Positions 34,413 through 46,845 of a stretch of 46,845 bases of DNA are shown in pieces. A program made the translations under genes and the position numbers. The notes below the pieces were generated by a model. That model did not search any database, was not told the DNA's origin, and worked only from the letters and a program-made list of their open reading frames with translations. Every line of letters begins with the position of its first letter. The first letter of the stretch is position 1. This DNA is from Macrostomum lignano (Eukaryota). The stretch covers positions 1 through 46,845 of the forward strand of contig NIVC01004410.1 of assembly GCA_002269645.1 (NCBI GenBank), written 5' to 3'.

Positions 34413-35019
34413 CATACTCACAAAGATTGCTCAAACACTGCACTCTATCTGCTTTGAAATGAGCAATGGCATTTGCTGCAAGCTTAAAGACGGAATGAAG
34501 TGAATCCTCTGCAAATACTTACTGTGGATTAACTGTAAGAACTTCTTTGCCCACAGCACAGTGACAGCTGGTGCAATTCTGATTGGGCCAAGGACCCCCC
34601 CACACTTGGTAGCATGTAGGCAATAGACACGCTAGTAGCCAGCCTGTGTATGAGTCCGTGTGACTGAGCCCCAGGGGTGTCCCGCAGCCTTCCTGCAATT
34701 ATTATATAATCATAATCATAAACTTGATCTGATGCTGCCAAAGAGGCTTCCGGATTGAATTCGAGTCTTGCAATTTCCTGGCTGTGATTTTGAGAAATCT
34801 CGGGTCAGTTATTACTGAGAAATAGGGTGAATTGAACTTTGCTACAATCTGTTTGTGGGATTTTTGAAGTCAGTGTCTTGTATCGGAAGTAGATGGTGGA
34901 AGTGCAGTGGCTGGTCACCTGCAGTTTATAATTACACTGGGATCTGGCTAAAATTACTATAATTTACAATGCTATATAGGGAAAAACTTCGCTCTGATAC
35001 GAGAAGTAGAATAAATTAG

Positions 35020-35745
35020 AGTACAGTAGAACAGAGTAGAGTAGTGTAGAGTAGAGTAGAGTAGATTAGATTAGATTAGAGTAGAGTAGAGTAGATTAGA
35101 TTAGATTAGAGTAGAGTAGTGTAGAGTAGAGTAGAGTAGAGTAGATTAGAGTAGAGTAGAGTAGAGTAGAATAGAGTAGAGTAGAATAGAATAGAGTAGA
35201 ATAGAGTAGAGTAGAATAGAGTAGAGTAGAGTAGAGCAGAGCAGAGTATAGTATAGTAGAGTAGAGTAGAGTAGAGCAGAGCAGAGTAGAGTAGAGTAGA
35301 GTAGAGTAGAGCAGAGTAGAGTAGAGCATAGCAGAGTAGAGTAGAGTAGAGTAGAGCAGAGTAGAGCAGAGCAGAGTAGAATAGAGTAGAGTAGAGTAGA
35401 GTAGAGTTGAGTAGAGTTGAGTAGAGTAGAGTAGAGTAGAGTAGAGTAGAGCAGAGCAGAGTAGAATAGAGTAGAGTAGAATAGAGTAGAGTAGAGTAGA
35501 GTAGAGCAGAGTAGAGTAGAGTAGAGTAGAGTAGAGTAGAGTAGATTAGATTAGAGTAGAGCAGAGTAGAGCAGAGTAGAATAGAGTAGAGTAGAGTAGA
35601 GTAGAGTAGAGTAGATTAGAGTAGAGCAGAGTAGAGCAGAGTAGAATAGAGTAGAGTAGAGTAGAGTAGAGTAGAATAGAGTAGAGTAGAGTAGAGTAGA
35701 GTAGAGTAGAGTAGAGTAGAGCAGACTAGACTAGACTAGACTAGA
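35020..35745. repeat. (AGAGT)n pentanucleotide microsatellite
   Basis: Direct inspection. Confidence 0.97.
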
Positions 35746-36493
35746 GAAGCTAGGAGGGAAGGAGTGGAGAAAATATGGATTATATATGTACTACTTGTAT
35801 CAGTAGAGTATCTCAATAATTGCAAGTATAATTGTTGTGACATTGGAGGTTAAAATTGCTAGTTAAAATGAAGTCTAGCTACTCTACCATGCGAGTCCTG
35901 GCAGTCTCGGATACCAATGAAACTGTTTACACGAACCATGATTTGAAGTACAGCACAGACCCTTCTAACAAATGGGATTGGCAAACTGGGAACTATTTGG
36001 GAACAGGGTGGCTTCTCCTCGCCAGCCTGCCCCGGAGCTGTGTGGGGTGAGCTGTGAGAAACCATCCGTGTCGCCCAGCTAAGTAGCTGAGGAGCTGAGG
36101 AGCATTGAGGACTCGGGGTTCTGTTCTTAGACTGGTTAATGCATATCAGAGCATGTTTTTAGGCCTACACAGCTTCTTTATCCTTCTGTCTTATATTTCA
36201 TCTAAGCTCATTAATTATTTATTATTTGGGAGGACTCAAGTTTTACGACTCTTATAGAGTTCTTTAATCCTATAAGAGAAGCATTCAGCAGATTGAGTTG
36301 GTATCGATGTTCAACTTTATTGAGCAATAAAAATCAGTAAAGAATGCAGTTGATAATCTTAAGCCAGTGCAAATATGAATATGAGTAGAAGCAGACAGAT
36401 ACTTATTTATGGCCTTAAGCAATGAAGCATAAGAGGCTGCATAAAATTGAATTTTAAGATGAAGGAATCTATCACAGCATAGCTGCCGCTAGT

Positions 36494-36912
36494 CAGGGCG
36501 TAGCCAAGGGGTCAAAGGGGGCCCCCCCAATCGACTAGCAAAGCAGGTGGCGCCCCCACTTGGCAGCAGGCTTGGCGCCCTTGCCAGCAGGCTTAGCGCC
36601 CTTGCCAGCAGGCTTAGCGCCCTTGCCAGCAGGCTTGGCGCCCCCCCTGTTTTCCAACAGGTTTGGCACCCCCCCCCCCTGTTTTCCAACAGGCTTGTCG
36701 CCCCCCCTCCTGTTTTCAACAGGCTTGGCGCCCCCCTCTTTTCCAACAGGCTTGGCGCCCCCCCCCCTGTTTTCCAACAGGCTTGGCGCCCCCCCGTTTT
36801 CCAACAGGCTTGGCGCCCCCCCCCGTTTTCCAACAGGCTTTGGCGCCCCCCCCCGTTTTCCAACAGGCTTGGCGCCCCCCCCCATTTTGCAGAAATCCTA
36901 GGTACACCCCTG
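36494..36912. mobile_element. Probable MITE (Harbinger-like ends) filled with GGCTTGGCGCCCCCC-type subrepeats
   Basis: Imperfect TIR CAGGGCGTAGCCAAGG / CCTAGGTACACCCCTG; no TSD found. Confidence 0.45.
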
Positions 36913-37454
36913 CTCAAACACAAACTCAGACTATAAGAGCCATTTACTCATAAGCTCCTCACTGTAGCTTGAGCACAATTCGTTTATTATATATCAAACT
37001 GACGGGACTGAAAATACTGTACAAGTTTCCAGCGTTTCTTGCCTGAATTTCAAGGCTTTAAATTTATTTTCTAGTAAAACTGACAGAGAAATGAAATGAA
37101 AAATGTTAAGATGAGTAGTATATATTAATTGCTGTTTATCTACATTAAATGCCACTCTGAAACGCCGGAATTTAGACGTTAGTGAGATTTTTCACACACA
37201 AAAAAATTTCATAATTAGTGCTACATTCAAACAAGTTAATGTGGTGAATCTAGATCGGGTGACCCAAATAGAAGACACTTAATAATTTACTGGCTATATA
37301 GACGTAAAATTTAAACTGGATGGAGCTTCAGATAAAAAGTACACTGTTTTTAAGAGTTTACATAAATCCTGTCGACCAATCAACCCACGTTTTATGCGTG
37401 TTTTGACCATAGACAGTTCAACACTCTATGGCTGCTCTACACTTTCTAGTCTTC

Positions 37455-37754
37455 GGGGCACTTATTTAGTCTATTTTGCACTGAATGGAGCCATGGATGC
37501 AGATGCATCAACAAGAAGCCACCCTGATGGATCCTCAAGTGTGCGTAGCGTGTGTACTCTAAGACCTTGTCCTGGATTCACTGGGACTGAGAAGAACGTC
37601 CGACACAGATTCTGTGGCCTCCAAGTGGACGAGTCCACCATCGGGCCTTCGTCGTCGCGGGCTGTTTCGAATTTTGCGTTGGCTTCTTCATCGGATGTTG
37701 ATGCATCCGCATCCAAAGCTCCAGTCAGTGCAAAATAGACTAAATGAGTGCCCC
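37455..37754. mobile_element. 300-bp fold-back element/MITE with ~66-bp inverted arms
   Basis: 37455-37520 is the reverse complement of 37681-37754 with few mismatches and a 7-nt bulge. Confidence 0.7.
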
Positions 37755-38173
37755 CCTATGTTATCAGTGATGACCCAAAACAAAGAAATGACGCACATCG
37801 TAGGGGATACCCGACAGGCCACATCACAGATATGACACTCCAAAAAAATATATCCGACCAGAATATTTCGAAATATGACACATAAAAGTTTCGCAAAAAA
37901 CTATAAATTTTGCATTACATGCTACTAATAGTAGAAATGCGAAAATAATTCGATCGCAGCTCCAAAGGGTTTCAAATAAATCGCATTAGACACAAGTCCA
38001 GCTATTTTAGTTATATATATTATTTACTTGCAAATTTTATAATTATATTTTATGTGCATACGAATTTTAGTTATAATTAATAAGTTTTCAAATATTATAT
38101 TATCTTTACATGTTTCACATGTTAGAAAATAGTTATATTAGCATGTTGAAATAGTGCATTGGTAGGCAGTCAC

Positions 38174-38287
38174 CGAATGGGCAAATGTACTCCTGCCGGC
38201 ATGCGACTTGGGCCGCTCAGCTGGGCCGGGCGGCTGCTGGGCTGCGGTGGGCGGCTGCTCAGCTGATCCGGGCTGTGACGCATCGGT
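38174..38287 (-). CDS. Candidate isolated 114-nt phase 0/0 exon (TDASQPGSAEQPPTAAQQPPGPAERPKSHAGRSTFAHS) of an unidentified gene
   Basis: GC-rich island, acceptor TTTCTCTACTCAG, donor GTGACT, open frame; no homology recognised. Confidence 0.3.
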
Positions 38288-38311
38288 CTGAGTAGAGAAA
38301 TTGCAGTTATT

Positions 38312-40003
38312 GGTAGAGACAGGGCAGAATGGTAGAGACAGGGCAGAATGGTAGAGACAGGGCAGTATGGTAGAGACAGGGCAGAATGGTAGAGACAGGG
38401 CAGAATGGTAGAGACAGGGCAGAATGGTAGAGACAGGGCAGTTATTGGTAGAGACAGGGCAGAATGGTAGAGACAGGGCAGAATGGTAGAGACAGGGCAG
38501 AATGGTAGAGACAGGGCAGAATGGTAGAGACAGGGCAGTTATTGGTAGAGACAGGGCAGAATGGTAGAGACAGGGCAGTTATTGGTAGAGAAAGGGCAGA
38601 ATGGTAGAGACAGGGCAGAATGGTAGAGACAGGGCAGAATGGTAGAGACAGGGCAGTTATTGGTAGAGACAGGGCAGAATGGTAGAGACAGGGCAGAATG
38701 GTAGAGACAGGGCAGAATGGTAGAGACAGGGCAGAATGGTAGAGACAGGGCAGTTATTGGTAGAGACAGGGCAGAATGGTAGAGACAGGGCAGTTATTGG
38801 TAGAGAAAGGGCAGAATGGTAGAGACAGGGCAGAATGGTAGAGACAGGGCAGTATGGTAGAGACAGGGCAGTATGGTAGAGACAGGGCAGAATGGTAGAG
38901 ACAGGGCAGAATGGTAGAGACAGGGCAGAATGGTAGAGACAGGGCAGTATGGTAGAAACAGGGCAGTATGGTAGAGACAGGGCAGAATGGTAGAGACAGG
39001 GCAGAATGGTAGAGACAGGGCAGAATGGTAGAGACAGGGCAGAATGGTAGAGACAGGGCAGAATGGTAGAGACAGGGTAGAATGGTAGAGACAGGGCAGA
39101 ATGGTAGAGACAGGGTAGAATGGTAGAGACAGGGCAGAATGGTAGAGACAGGGCAGTTATTGGTAGAGAAAGGGCAGAATGGTAGAGACAGGGCAGAATG
39201 GTAGAGACAGGGCAGTATGGTAGAGACAGGGCAGTATGGTAGAGACAGGGCAGAATGGTAGAGACAGGGCAGAATGGTAGAGACAGGGCAGAATGGTAGA
39301 GACAGGGCAGAATGGTAGAGACAGGGCAGAATGGTAGAGACAGGGCAGAATGGTAGAGACAGGGTAGAATGGTAGAGACAGGGCAGAATGGTAGAGACAG
39401 GGTAGAATGGTAGAGACAGGGCAGAATGGTAGAGACAGGGTAGAATGGTAGAGACATGGTAGAATGGTAGAGACAGGGTAGAATGGTAGAGACAGGGCAG
39501 TATGGTAGAAACAGGGCAGTATGGTAGACACAGGGCAGAATGGTAGAGACAGGGCAGAATGGTAGAGACAGGGCAGAATGGTAGAGACAGGGCAGAATGG
39601 TAGAGACAGGGCAGAATGGTAGAGACAGGGCAGAATGGTAGAGACAGGGCAGTATGGTAGAAACAGGGCAGTATGGTAGAGACAGGGCAGAATGGTAGAG
39701 ACAGGGCAGAATGGTAGAGACAGGGCAGAATGGTAGAGACAGGGCAGAATGGTAGAGACAGGGCAGAATGGTAGAGAAAGGGCAGAATGGTAGAGACAGG
39801 GCAGAATGGTAGAGACAGGGTAGAATGGTAGAGACAGGGCAGAATGGTAGAGACAGGGTAGAATGGTAGAGACAGGGCAGAATGGTAGAGACAGGGTAGA
39901 ATGGTAGAGACAGGGTAGAATGGTAGAGACAGGGTAGAATGGTAGAGACAGGGTAGAATGGTAGAGACAGGGTAGAATGGTAGAGACAGGGCAGTTATTG
40001 GTA
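38312..40003. repeat. 19-bp minisatellite (AGAGACAGGGCAGAATGGT), ~88 copies
   Basis: Direct periodicity. Confidence 0.97.
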
Positions 40004-41297
40004 AAAATATTGCTCTTCACCTTCACTTACCATTAACTGGAATCGATCAGACGCGGCGAGCTCTTTCTCAAACGACTTTTGCCGCTTAGCGACGTCATAG
40101 CATTTGCCTTTGCGGCTTATCAGCTGTTTTATGAACTCCAATTGTTTGGACATTTGGGTTAATTTATTGAAAAAATGAAATTAATTGACAAATAGAAATC
40201 TGGCTTTTTGAAAGGCCAACTGAAGTCCCATTTTATATGAAGCGGCAGTTTGACATCAACAAGTTCACTCTAATTTTCATTGGTTCGGAATGGGGTGGTC
40301 AAAATATTTCACGTTCATAGTACGTGTCAAATCCACTATGCTTTTAGACTCAAAGGGGTGGACTGCTTCATTTCAGTAGTGACTCATTTTGACACCAAAT
40401 TACTTTGATTCAAAATGAAACATGCGCATTAACCAGCATGAAACATACATTAGGTACAATATGCCCCACTCACATTCACAGCCTCATTCACAGCCTCATT
40501 CACTGCCTCATTCACAGCCTCACAGCCAGACTCACTGATCGACCCTAATCCAGTTTGGGTTTCGAATACTCAGTTATTTCTGCATTTTCAATTCATTGAG
40601 TAGCTCTGTGAGATCCGCTGCTGTCAATATACAGTGGGCAGTGGATAAAAAATAAATGACACACAATGAATTGGATAGGAATTAAATGAATGATGCAAAA
40701 TAGAAATTCGAGAAATAGATTAAATATGCAAGAAAAAGACGTATATGCTCAAAAATTAGGATGAAGTCAGTCATCAACAAATCAAAGAGTAGATAAAATT
40801 TCTCTTTGGTGACTAAATAAAGTTTACAATTTTACATATTTGGAACTGCTTGACACTATTCTTTACGATAATGGCGCAATCATAAGTTTGGTGCAACAAA
40901 TTTGCTTAGATAGGTGTCTTCCACCATGAACCACCCATCACTGTCACCGAGCATTGCGCAATCTTGAGCATACCCAGAGCACGTATTTGCTTTTAAGCAA
41001 TCGTGAGAACTGCGATTCTTATCTTTACTCAAAATCCAGCTACAGTGGAAAGATCGAGAAAAGCGCGAAACACACCTCCAAACAAACCGCTGTGCATAAT
41101 ACAAAACAATATATAGATAAAAAGTGGAACGCTCACAGCAGGTGACCAAACCAAAAGTAAAAGCAAAGCCCAATTGTATTTTGATAAAAAGCCATTACTA
41201 AAGAAGCTGGCGAAATATTTCTGAGCTAACCTGTCAATATCAAGTATAAGTTAAAATGTACGAGCGCAGTTTCAAACATGGATTTAAACTATAGCGG

Positions 41298-44200
41298 CGC
41301 TGTCAATATATAGAATTAAATGGAGAGCTTAGAAATGACACTCAATGGGGCTGATATACACAGGTGCAAAGATGACGCAGAGCCCGCTACTCTCAGCATC
41401 TCTAACTAGCCCTGTCGCTGTCAATATATAGAATTAAATGGAGAGCTTAGAAATGACACTCAATGGGGCTGATATACACAGGTGCAAAGATGACGCAGAG
41501 CCCGCTACTCTCAGCATCTCTAACTAGCCCTGTCGCTGTCAATATATAGAATTAAATGGAGAGCTTAGAAATGACACTCAATGGGGCTGATATACACAGG
41601 TGCAAAGATGACGCAGAGCCCGCTACTCTCAGCATCTCTAACTAGCCCTGTCGCTGTCAATATATAGAATTAAATGGAGAGCTTAGAAATGACACTCAAT
41701 GGGGCTGATATACACAGGTGCAAAGATGACGCAGAGCCCGCTACTCTCAGCATCTCTAACTAGCCCTGTCGCTGTCAATATATAGAATTAAATGGAGAGC
41801 TTAGAAATGACACTCAATGGGGCTGATATACACAGGTGCAAAGATGACGCAGAGCCCGCTACTCTCAGCATCTCTAACTAGCCCTGTCGCTGTCAATATA
41901 TAGAATTAAATGGAGAGCTTAGAAATGACACTCAATGGGGCTGATATACACAGGTGCAAAGATGACGCAGAGCCCGCTACTCTCAGCATCTCTAACTAGC
42001 CCTGTCGCTGTCAATATATAGAATTAAATGGAGAGCTTAGAAATGACACTCAATGGGGCTGATATACACAGGTGCAAAGATGACGCAGAGCCCGCTACTC
42101 TCAGCATCTCTAACTAGCCCTGTCGCTGTCAATATATAGAATTAAATGGAGAGCTTAGAAATGACACTCAATGGGGCTGATATACACAGGTGCAAAGATG
42201 ACGCAGAGCCCGCTACTCTCAGCATCTCTAACTAGCCCTGTCGCTGTCAATATATAGAATTAAATGGAGAGCTTAGAAATGACACTCAATGGGGCTGATA
42301 TACACAGGTGCAAAGATGACGCAGAGCCCGCTACTCTCAGCATCTCTAACTAGCCCTGTCGCTGTCAATATATAGAATTAAATGGAGAGCTTAGAAATGA
42401 CACTCAATGGGGCTGATATACACAGGTGCAAAGATGACGCAGAGCCCGCTACTCTCAGCATCTCTAACTAGCCCTGTCGCTGTCAATATATAGAATTAAA
42501 TGGAGAGCTTAGAAATGACACTCAATGGGGCTGATATACACAGGTGCAAAGATGACGCAGAGCCCGCTACTCTCAGCATCTCTAACTAGCCCTGTCGCTG
42601 TCAATATATAGAATTAAATGGAGAGCTTAGAAATGACACTCAATGGGGCTGATATACACAGGTGCAAAGATGACGCAGAGCCCGCTACTCTCAGCATCTC
42701 TAACTAGCCCTGTCGCTGTCAATATATAGAATTAAATGGAGAGCTTAGAAATGACACTCAATGGGGCTGATATACACAGGTGCAAAGATGACGCAGAGCC
42801 CGCTACTCTCAGCATCTCTAACTAGCCCTGTCGCTGTCAATATATAGAATTAAATGGAGAGCTTAGAAATGACACTCAATGGGGCTGATATACACAGGTG
42901 CAAAGATGACGCAGAGCCCGCTACTCTCAGCATCTCTAACTAGCCCTGTCGCTGTCAATATATAGAATTAAATGGAGAGCTTAGAAATGACACTCAATGG
43001 GGCTGATATACACAGGTGCAAAGATGACGCAGAGCCCGCTACTCTCAGCATCTCTAACTAGCCCTGTCGCTGTCAATATATAGAATTAAATGGAGAGCTT
43101 AGAAATGACACTCAATGGGGCTGATATACACAGGTGCAAAGATGACGCAGAGCCCGCTACTCTCAGCATCTCTAACTAGCCCTGTCGCTGTCAATATATA
43201 GAATTAAATGGAGAGCTTAGAAATGACACTCAATGGGGCTGATATACACAGGTGCAAAGATGACGCAGAGCCCGCTACTCTCAGCATCTCTAACTAGCCC
43301 TGTCGCTGTCAATATATAGAATTAAATGGAGAGCTTAGAAATGACACTCAATGGGGCTGATATACACAGGTGCAAAGATGACGCAGAGCCCGCTACTCTC
43401 AGCATCTCTAACTAGCCCTGTCGCTGTCAATATATAGAATTAAATGGAGAGCTTAGAAATGACACTCAATGGGGCTGATATACACAGGTGCAAAGATGAC
43501 GCAGAGCCCGCTCTCTCAGCATCTCTAACTAGCCCTGTCGCTGTCAATATATAGAATTAAATGGAGAGCTTAGAAATGACACTCAATGGGGCTGATATAC
43601 ACAGGTGCAAAGATGACGCAGAGCCCGCTACTCTCAGCATCTCTAACTAGCCCTGTCGCTGTCAATATATAGAATTAAATGGAGAGCTTAGAAATGACAC
43701 TCAATGGGGCTGATATACACAGGTGCAAAGATGACGCAGAGCCCGCTCTCTCAGCATCTCTAACTAGCCCTGTCGCTGTCAATATATAGAATTAAATGGA
43801 GAGCTTAGAAATGACACTCAATGGGGCTGATATACACAGGTGCAAAGATGACGCAGAGCCGCTACACTAGCATCTCTAACTAGCCCTGTCGCTGTCAATA
43901 TATAGAATTAAATGGAGAGCTTAGAAATGACACTCAATGGGCTGATATACACAGGTGCAAAGATGACGCAGAGCCCGCTACTCTCAGCATCTCTAACTAG
44001 CCCTGTCGCTGTCAATATATAGAATTAAATGGAGAGCTTAGAAATGACACTCAATGGGGCTGATATACACAGGTGCAAAGATGACGCAGAGCCCGCTACT
44101 CTCAGCATCTCTAACTAGCCCTGTCGCTGTCAATATATAGAATTAAATGGAGAGCTTAGAAATGACACTCAATGGGGCTGATATACACAGGTGCAAAGAT

Positions 44201-46845
44201 GACGCAGAGCCCGCTACTCTCAGCATCTCTAACTAGCCCTGTCGCTGTCAATATATAGAATTAAATGGAGAGCTTAGAAATGACACTCAATGGGGCTGAT
44301 ATACACAGGTGCAAAGATGACGCAGAGCCCGCTACTCTCAGCATCTCTAACTAGCCCTGTCGCTGTCAATATATAGAATTAAATGGAGAGCTTAGAAATG
44401 ACACTCAATGGGGCTGATATACACAGGTGCAAAGATGACGCAGAGCCCGCTACTCTCAGCATCTCTAACTAGCCCTGTCGCTGTCAATATATAGAATTAA
44501 ATGGAGAGCTTAGAAATGACACTCAATGGGGCTGATATACACAGGTGCAAAGATGACGCAGAGCCCGCTACTCTCAGCATCTCTAACTAGCCCTGTCGCT
44601 GTCAATATATAGAATTAAATGGAGAGCTTAGAAATGACACTCAATGGGGCTGATATACACAGGTGCAAAGATGACGCAGAGCCCGCTACTCTCAGCATCT
44701 CTAACTAGCCCTGTCGCTGTCAATATATAGAATTAAATGGAGAGCTTAGAAATGACACTCAATGGGGCTGATATACACAGGTGCAAAGATGACGCAGAGC
44801 CCGCTACTCTCAGCATCTCTAACTAGCCCTGTCGCTGTCAATATATAGAATTAAATGGAGAGCTTAGAAATGACACTCAATGGGGCTGATATACACAGGT
44901 GCAAAGATGACGCAGAGCCCGCTACTCTCAGCATCTCTAACTAGCCCTGTCGCTGTCAATATATAGAATTAAATGGAGAGCTTAGAAATGACACTCAATG
45001 GGGCTGATATACACAGGTGCAAAGATGACGCAGAGCCCGCTACTCTCAGCATCTCTAACTAGCCCTGTCGCTGTCAATATATAGAATTAAATGGAGAGCT
45101 TAGAAATGACACTCAATGGGGCTGATATACACAGGTGCAAAGATGACGCAGAGCCCGCTACTCTCAGCATCTCTAACTAGCCCTGTCGCTGTCAATATAT
45201 AGAATTAAATGGAGAGCTTAGAAATGACACTCAATGGGGCTGATATACACAGGTGCAAAGATGACGCAGAGCCCGCTACTCTCAGCATCTCTAACTAGCC
45301 CTGTCGCTGTCAATATATAGAATTAAATGGAGAGCTTAGAAATGACACTCAATGGGGCTGATATACACAGGTGCAAAGATGACGCAGAGCCCGCTACTCT
45401 CAGCATCTCTAACTAGCCCTGTCGCTGTCAATATATAGAATTAAATGGAGAGCTTAGAAATGACACTCAATGGGGCTGATATACACAGGTGCAAAGATGA
45501 CGCAGAGCCCGCTACTCTCAGCATCTCTAACTAGCCCTGTCGCTGTCAATATATAGAATTAAATGGAGAGCTTAGAAATGACACTCAATGGGGCTGATAT
45601 ACACAGGTGCAAAGATGACGCAGAGCCCGCTACTCTCAGCATCTCTAACTAGCCCTGTCGCTGTCAATATATAGAATTAAATGGAGAGCTTAGAAATGAC
45701 ACTCAATGGGGCTGATATACACAGGTGCAAAGATGACGCAGAGCCCGCTACTCTCAGCATCTCTAACTAGCCCTGTCGCTGTCAATATATAGAATTAAAT
45801 GGAGAGCTTAGAAATGACACTCAATGGGGCTGATATACACAGGTGCAAAGATGACGCAGAGCCCGCTACTCTCAGCATCTCTAACTAGCCCTGTCGCTGT
45901 CAATATATAGAATTAAATGGAGAGCTTAGAAATGACACTCAATGGGGCTGATATACACAGGTGCAAAGATGACGCAGAGCCCGCTACTCTCAGCATCTCT
46001 AACTAGCCCTGTCGCTGTCAATATATAGAATTAAATGGAGAGCTTAGAAATGACACTCAATGGGGCTGATATACACAGGTGCAAAGATGACGCAGAGCCC
46101 GCTACTCTCAGCATCTCTAACTAGCCCTGTCGCTGTCAATATATAGAATTAAATGGAGAGCTTAGAAATGACACTCAATGGGGCTGATATACACAGGTGC
46201 AAAGATGACGCAGAGCCCGCTACTCTCAGCATCTCTAACTAGCACTGTCGCTGTCAATATATAGAATTAAATGGAGAGCTTAGAAATGACACTCAATGGG
46301 GCTGATATACACAGGTGCAAAGATGACGCAGAGCCCGCTACTCTCAGCATCTCTAACTAGCCCTGTCGCTGTCAATATATAGAATTAAATGGAGAGCTTA
46401 GAAATGACACTCAATGGGGCTGATATACACAGGTGCAAAGATGACGCAGAGCCCGCTACTCTCAGCATCTTAACTAGCCCTGTCGCTGTCAATATATAGA
46501 ATTAAATGGAGAGCTTAGAAATGACACTCAATGGGGCTGATATACACAGGTGCAAAGATGACGCAGAGCCCGCTACTCTCAGCATCTCTAACTAGCCCTG
46601 TCGCTGTCAATATATAGAATTAAATGGAGAGCTTAGAAATGACACTCAATGGGGCTGATATACACAGGTGCAAAGATGACGCAGAGCCCGCTACTCTCAG
46701 CATCTCTAACTAGCCCTGTCGCTGTCAATATATAGAATTAAATGGAGAGCTTAGAAATGACACTCAATGGGGCTGATATACACAGGTGCAAAGATGACGC
46801 AGAGCCCGCTACTCTCAGCATCTCTAACTAGCCCTGTCGCTGTCA
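41298..46845. repeat. 118-bp tandem satellite, ~47 near-identical copies, truncated by the window end
   Basis: Period 118 bp (GCTGTCAATATATAGAATTAAATGG...CTCTAACTAGCCCTGTC); only a handful of variant units seen. Confidence 0.98.

Noticed and set aside
35879-36047. Possible + strand exon (MRVLAVSDTNETVYTNHDLKY...)
   Set aside because: Splice-like ends exist but there is no recognisable homology or partner exon
40880-41173. FLYWCH-like zinc finger (GFAF...WRC...C...H) of a transposase
   Set aside because: Spacing is poor and no transposase core is nearby
1-46845. CRISPR array among the many tandem repeats
   Set aside because: Units are contiguous with no unique spacers, there are no cas genes, and the context is eukaryotic
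41298-46845. 118-bp unit as 5S rRNA, spliced-leader RNA or snRNA array
   Set aside because: No 5S box A/C similarity, no Sm site with SL donor, and no spacer between units

Overview
Eukaryotic (metazoan) genomic DNA with GC-rich spliced exons and minisatellite-filled introns. The style resembles a free-living flatworm such as Macrostomum, but that is a guess. Left to right: the last exon of an RNF34/RFFL-type RING E3 ligase (+); a 3-exon RPP30 (+); a 2.8-kb internally deleted Polinton/Maverick with AGTAG termini, ~200-270 bp imperfect TIRs, a 6-bp TSD, a cysteine-protease ORF and a capsid remnant; RBMX2 (+, one frameshift); two head-to-head 10-exon RIG-I-like receptor genes (-11051..17689 and +21415..28195); a 3-exon class A GPCR with signal peptide and long ectodomain (-); MITEs and microsatellites; and a highly homogeneous 118-bp satellite running off the right edge. 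The most notable system is the RLR pair. Proximal promoter, both CARD-like domains and helicase motif I lie in a near-identical ~2.4-2.8 kb inverted repeat, while the remaining helicase, pincer and CTD exons are clearly diverged. Each promoter copy carries an ISRE-like plus kappaB-like module. Exon models were built by hand from GT-AG sites, phase compatibility and protein similarity recalled from memory; no database search was run.
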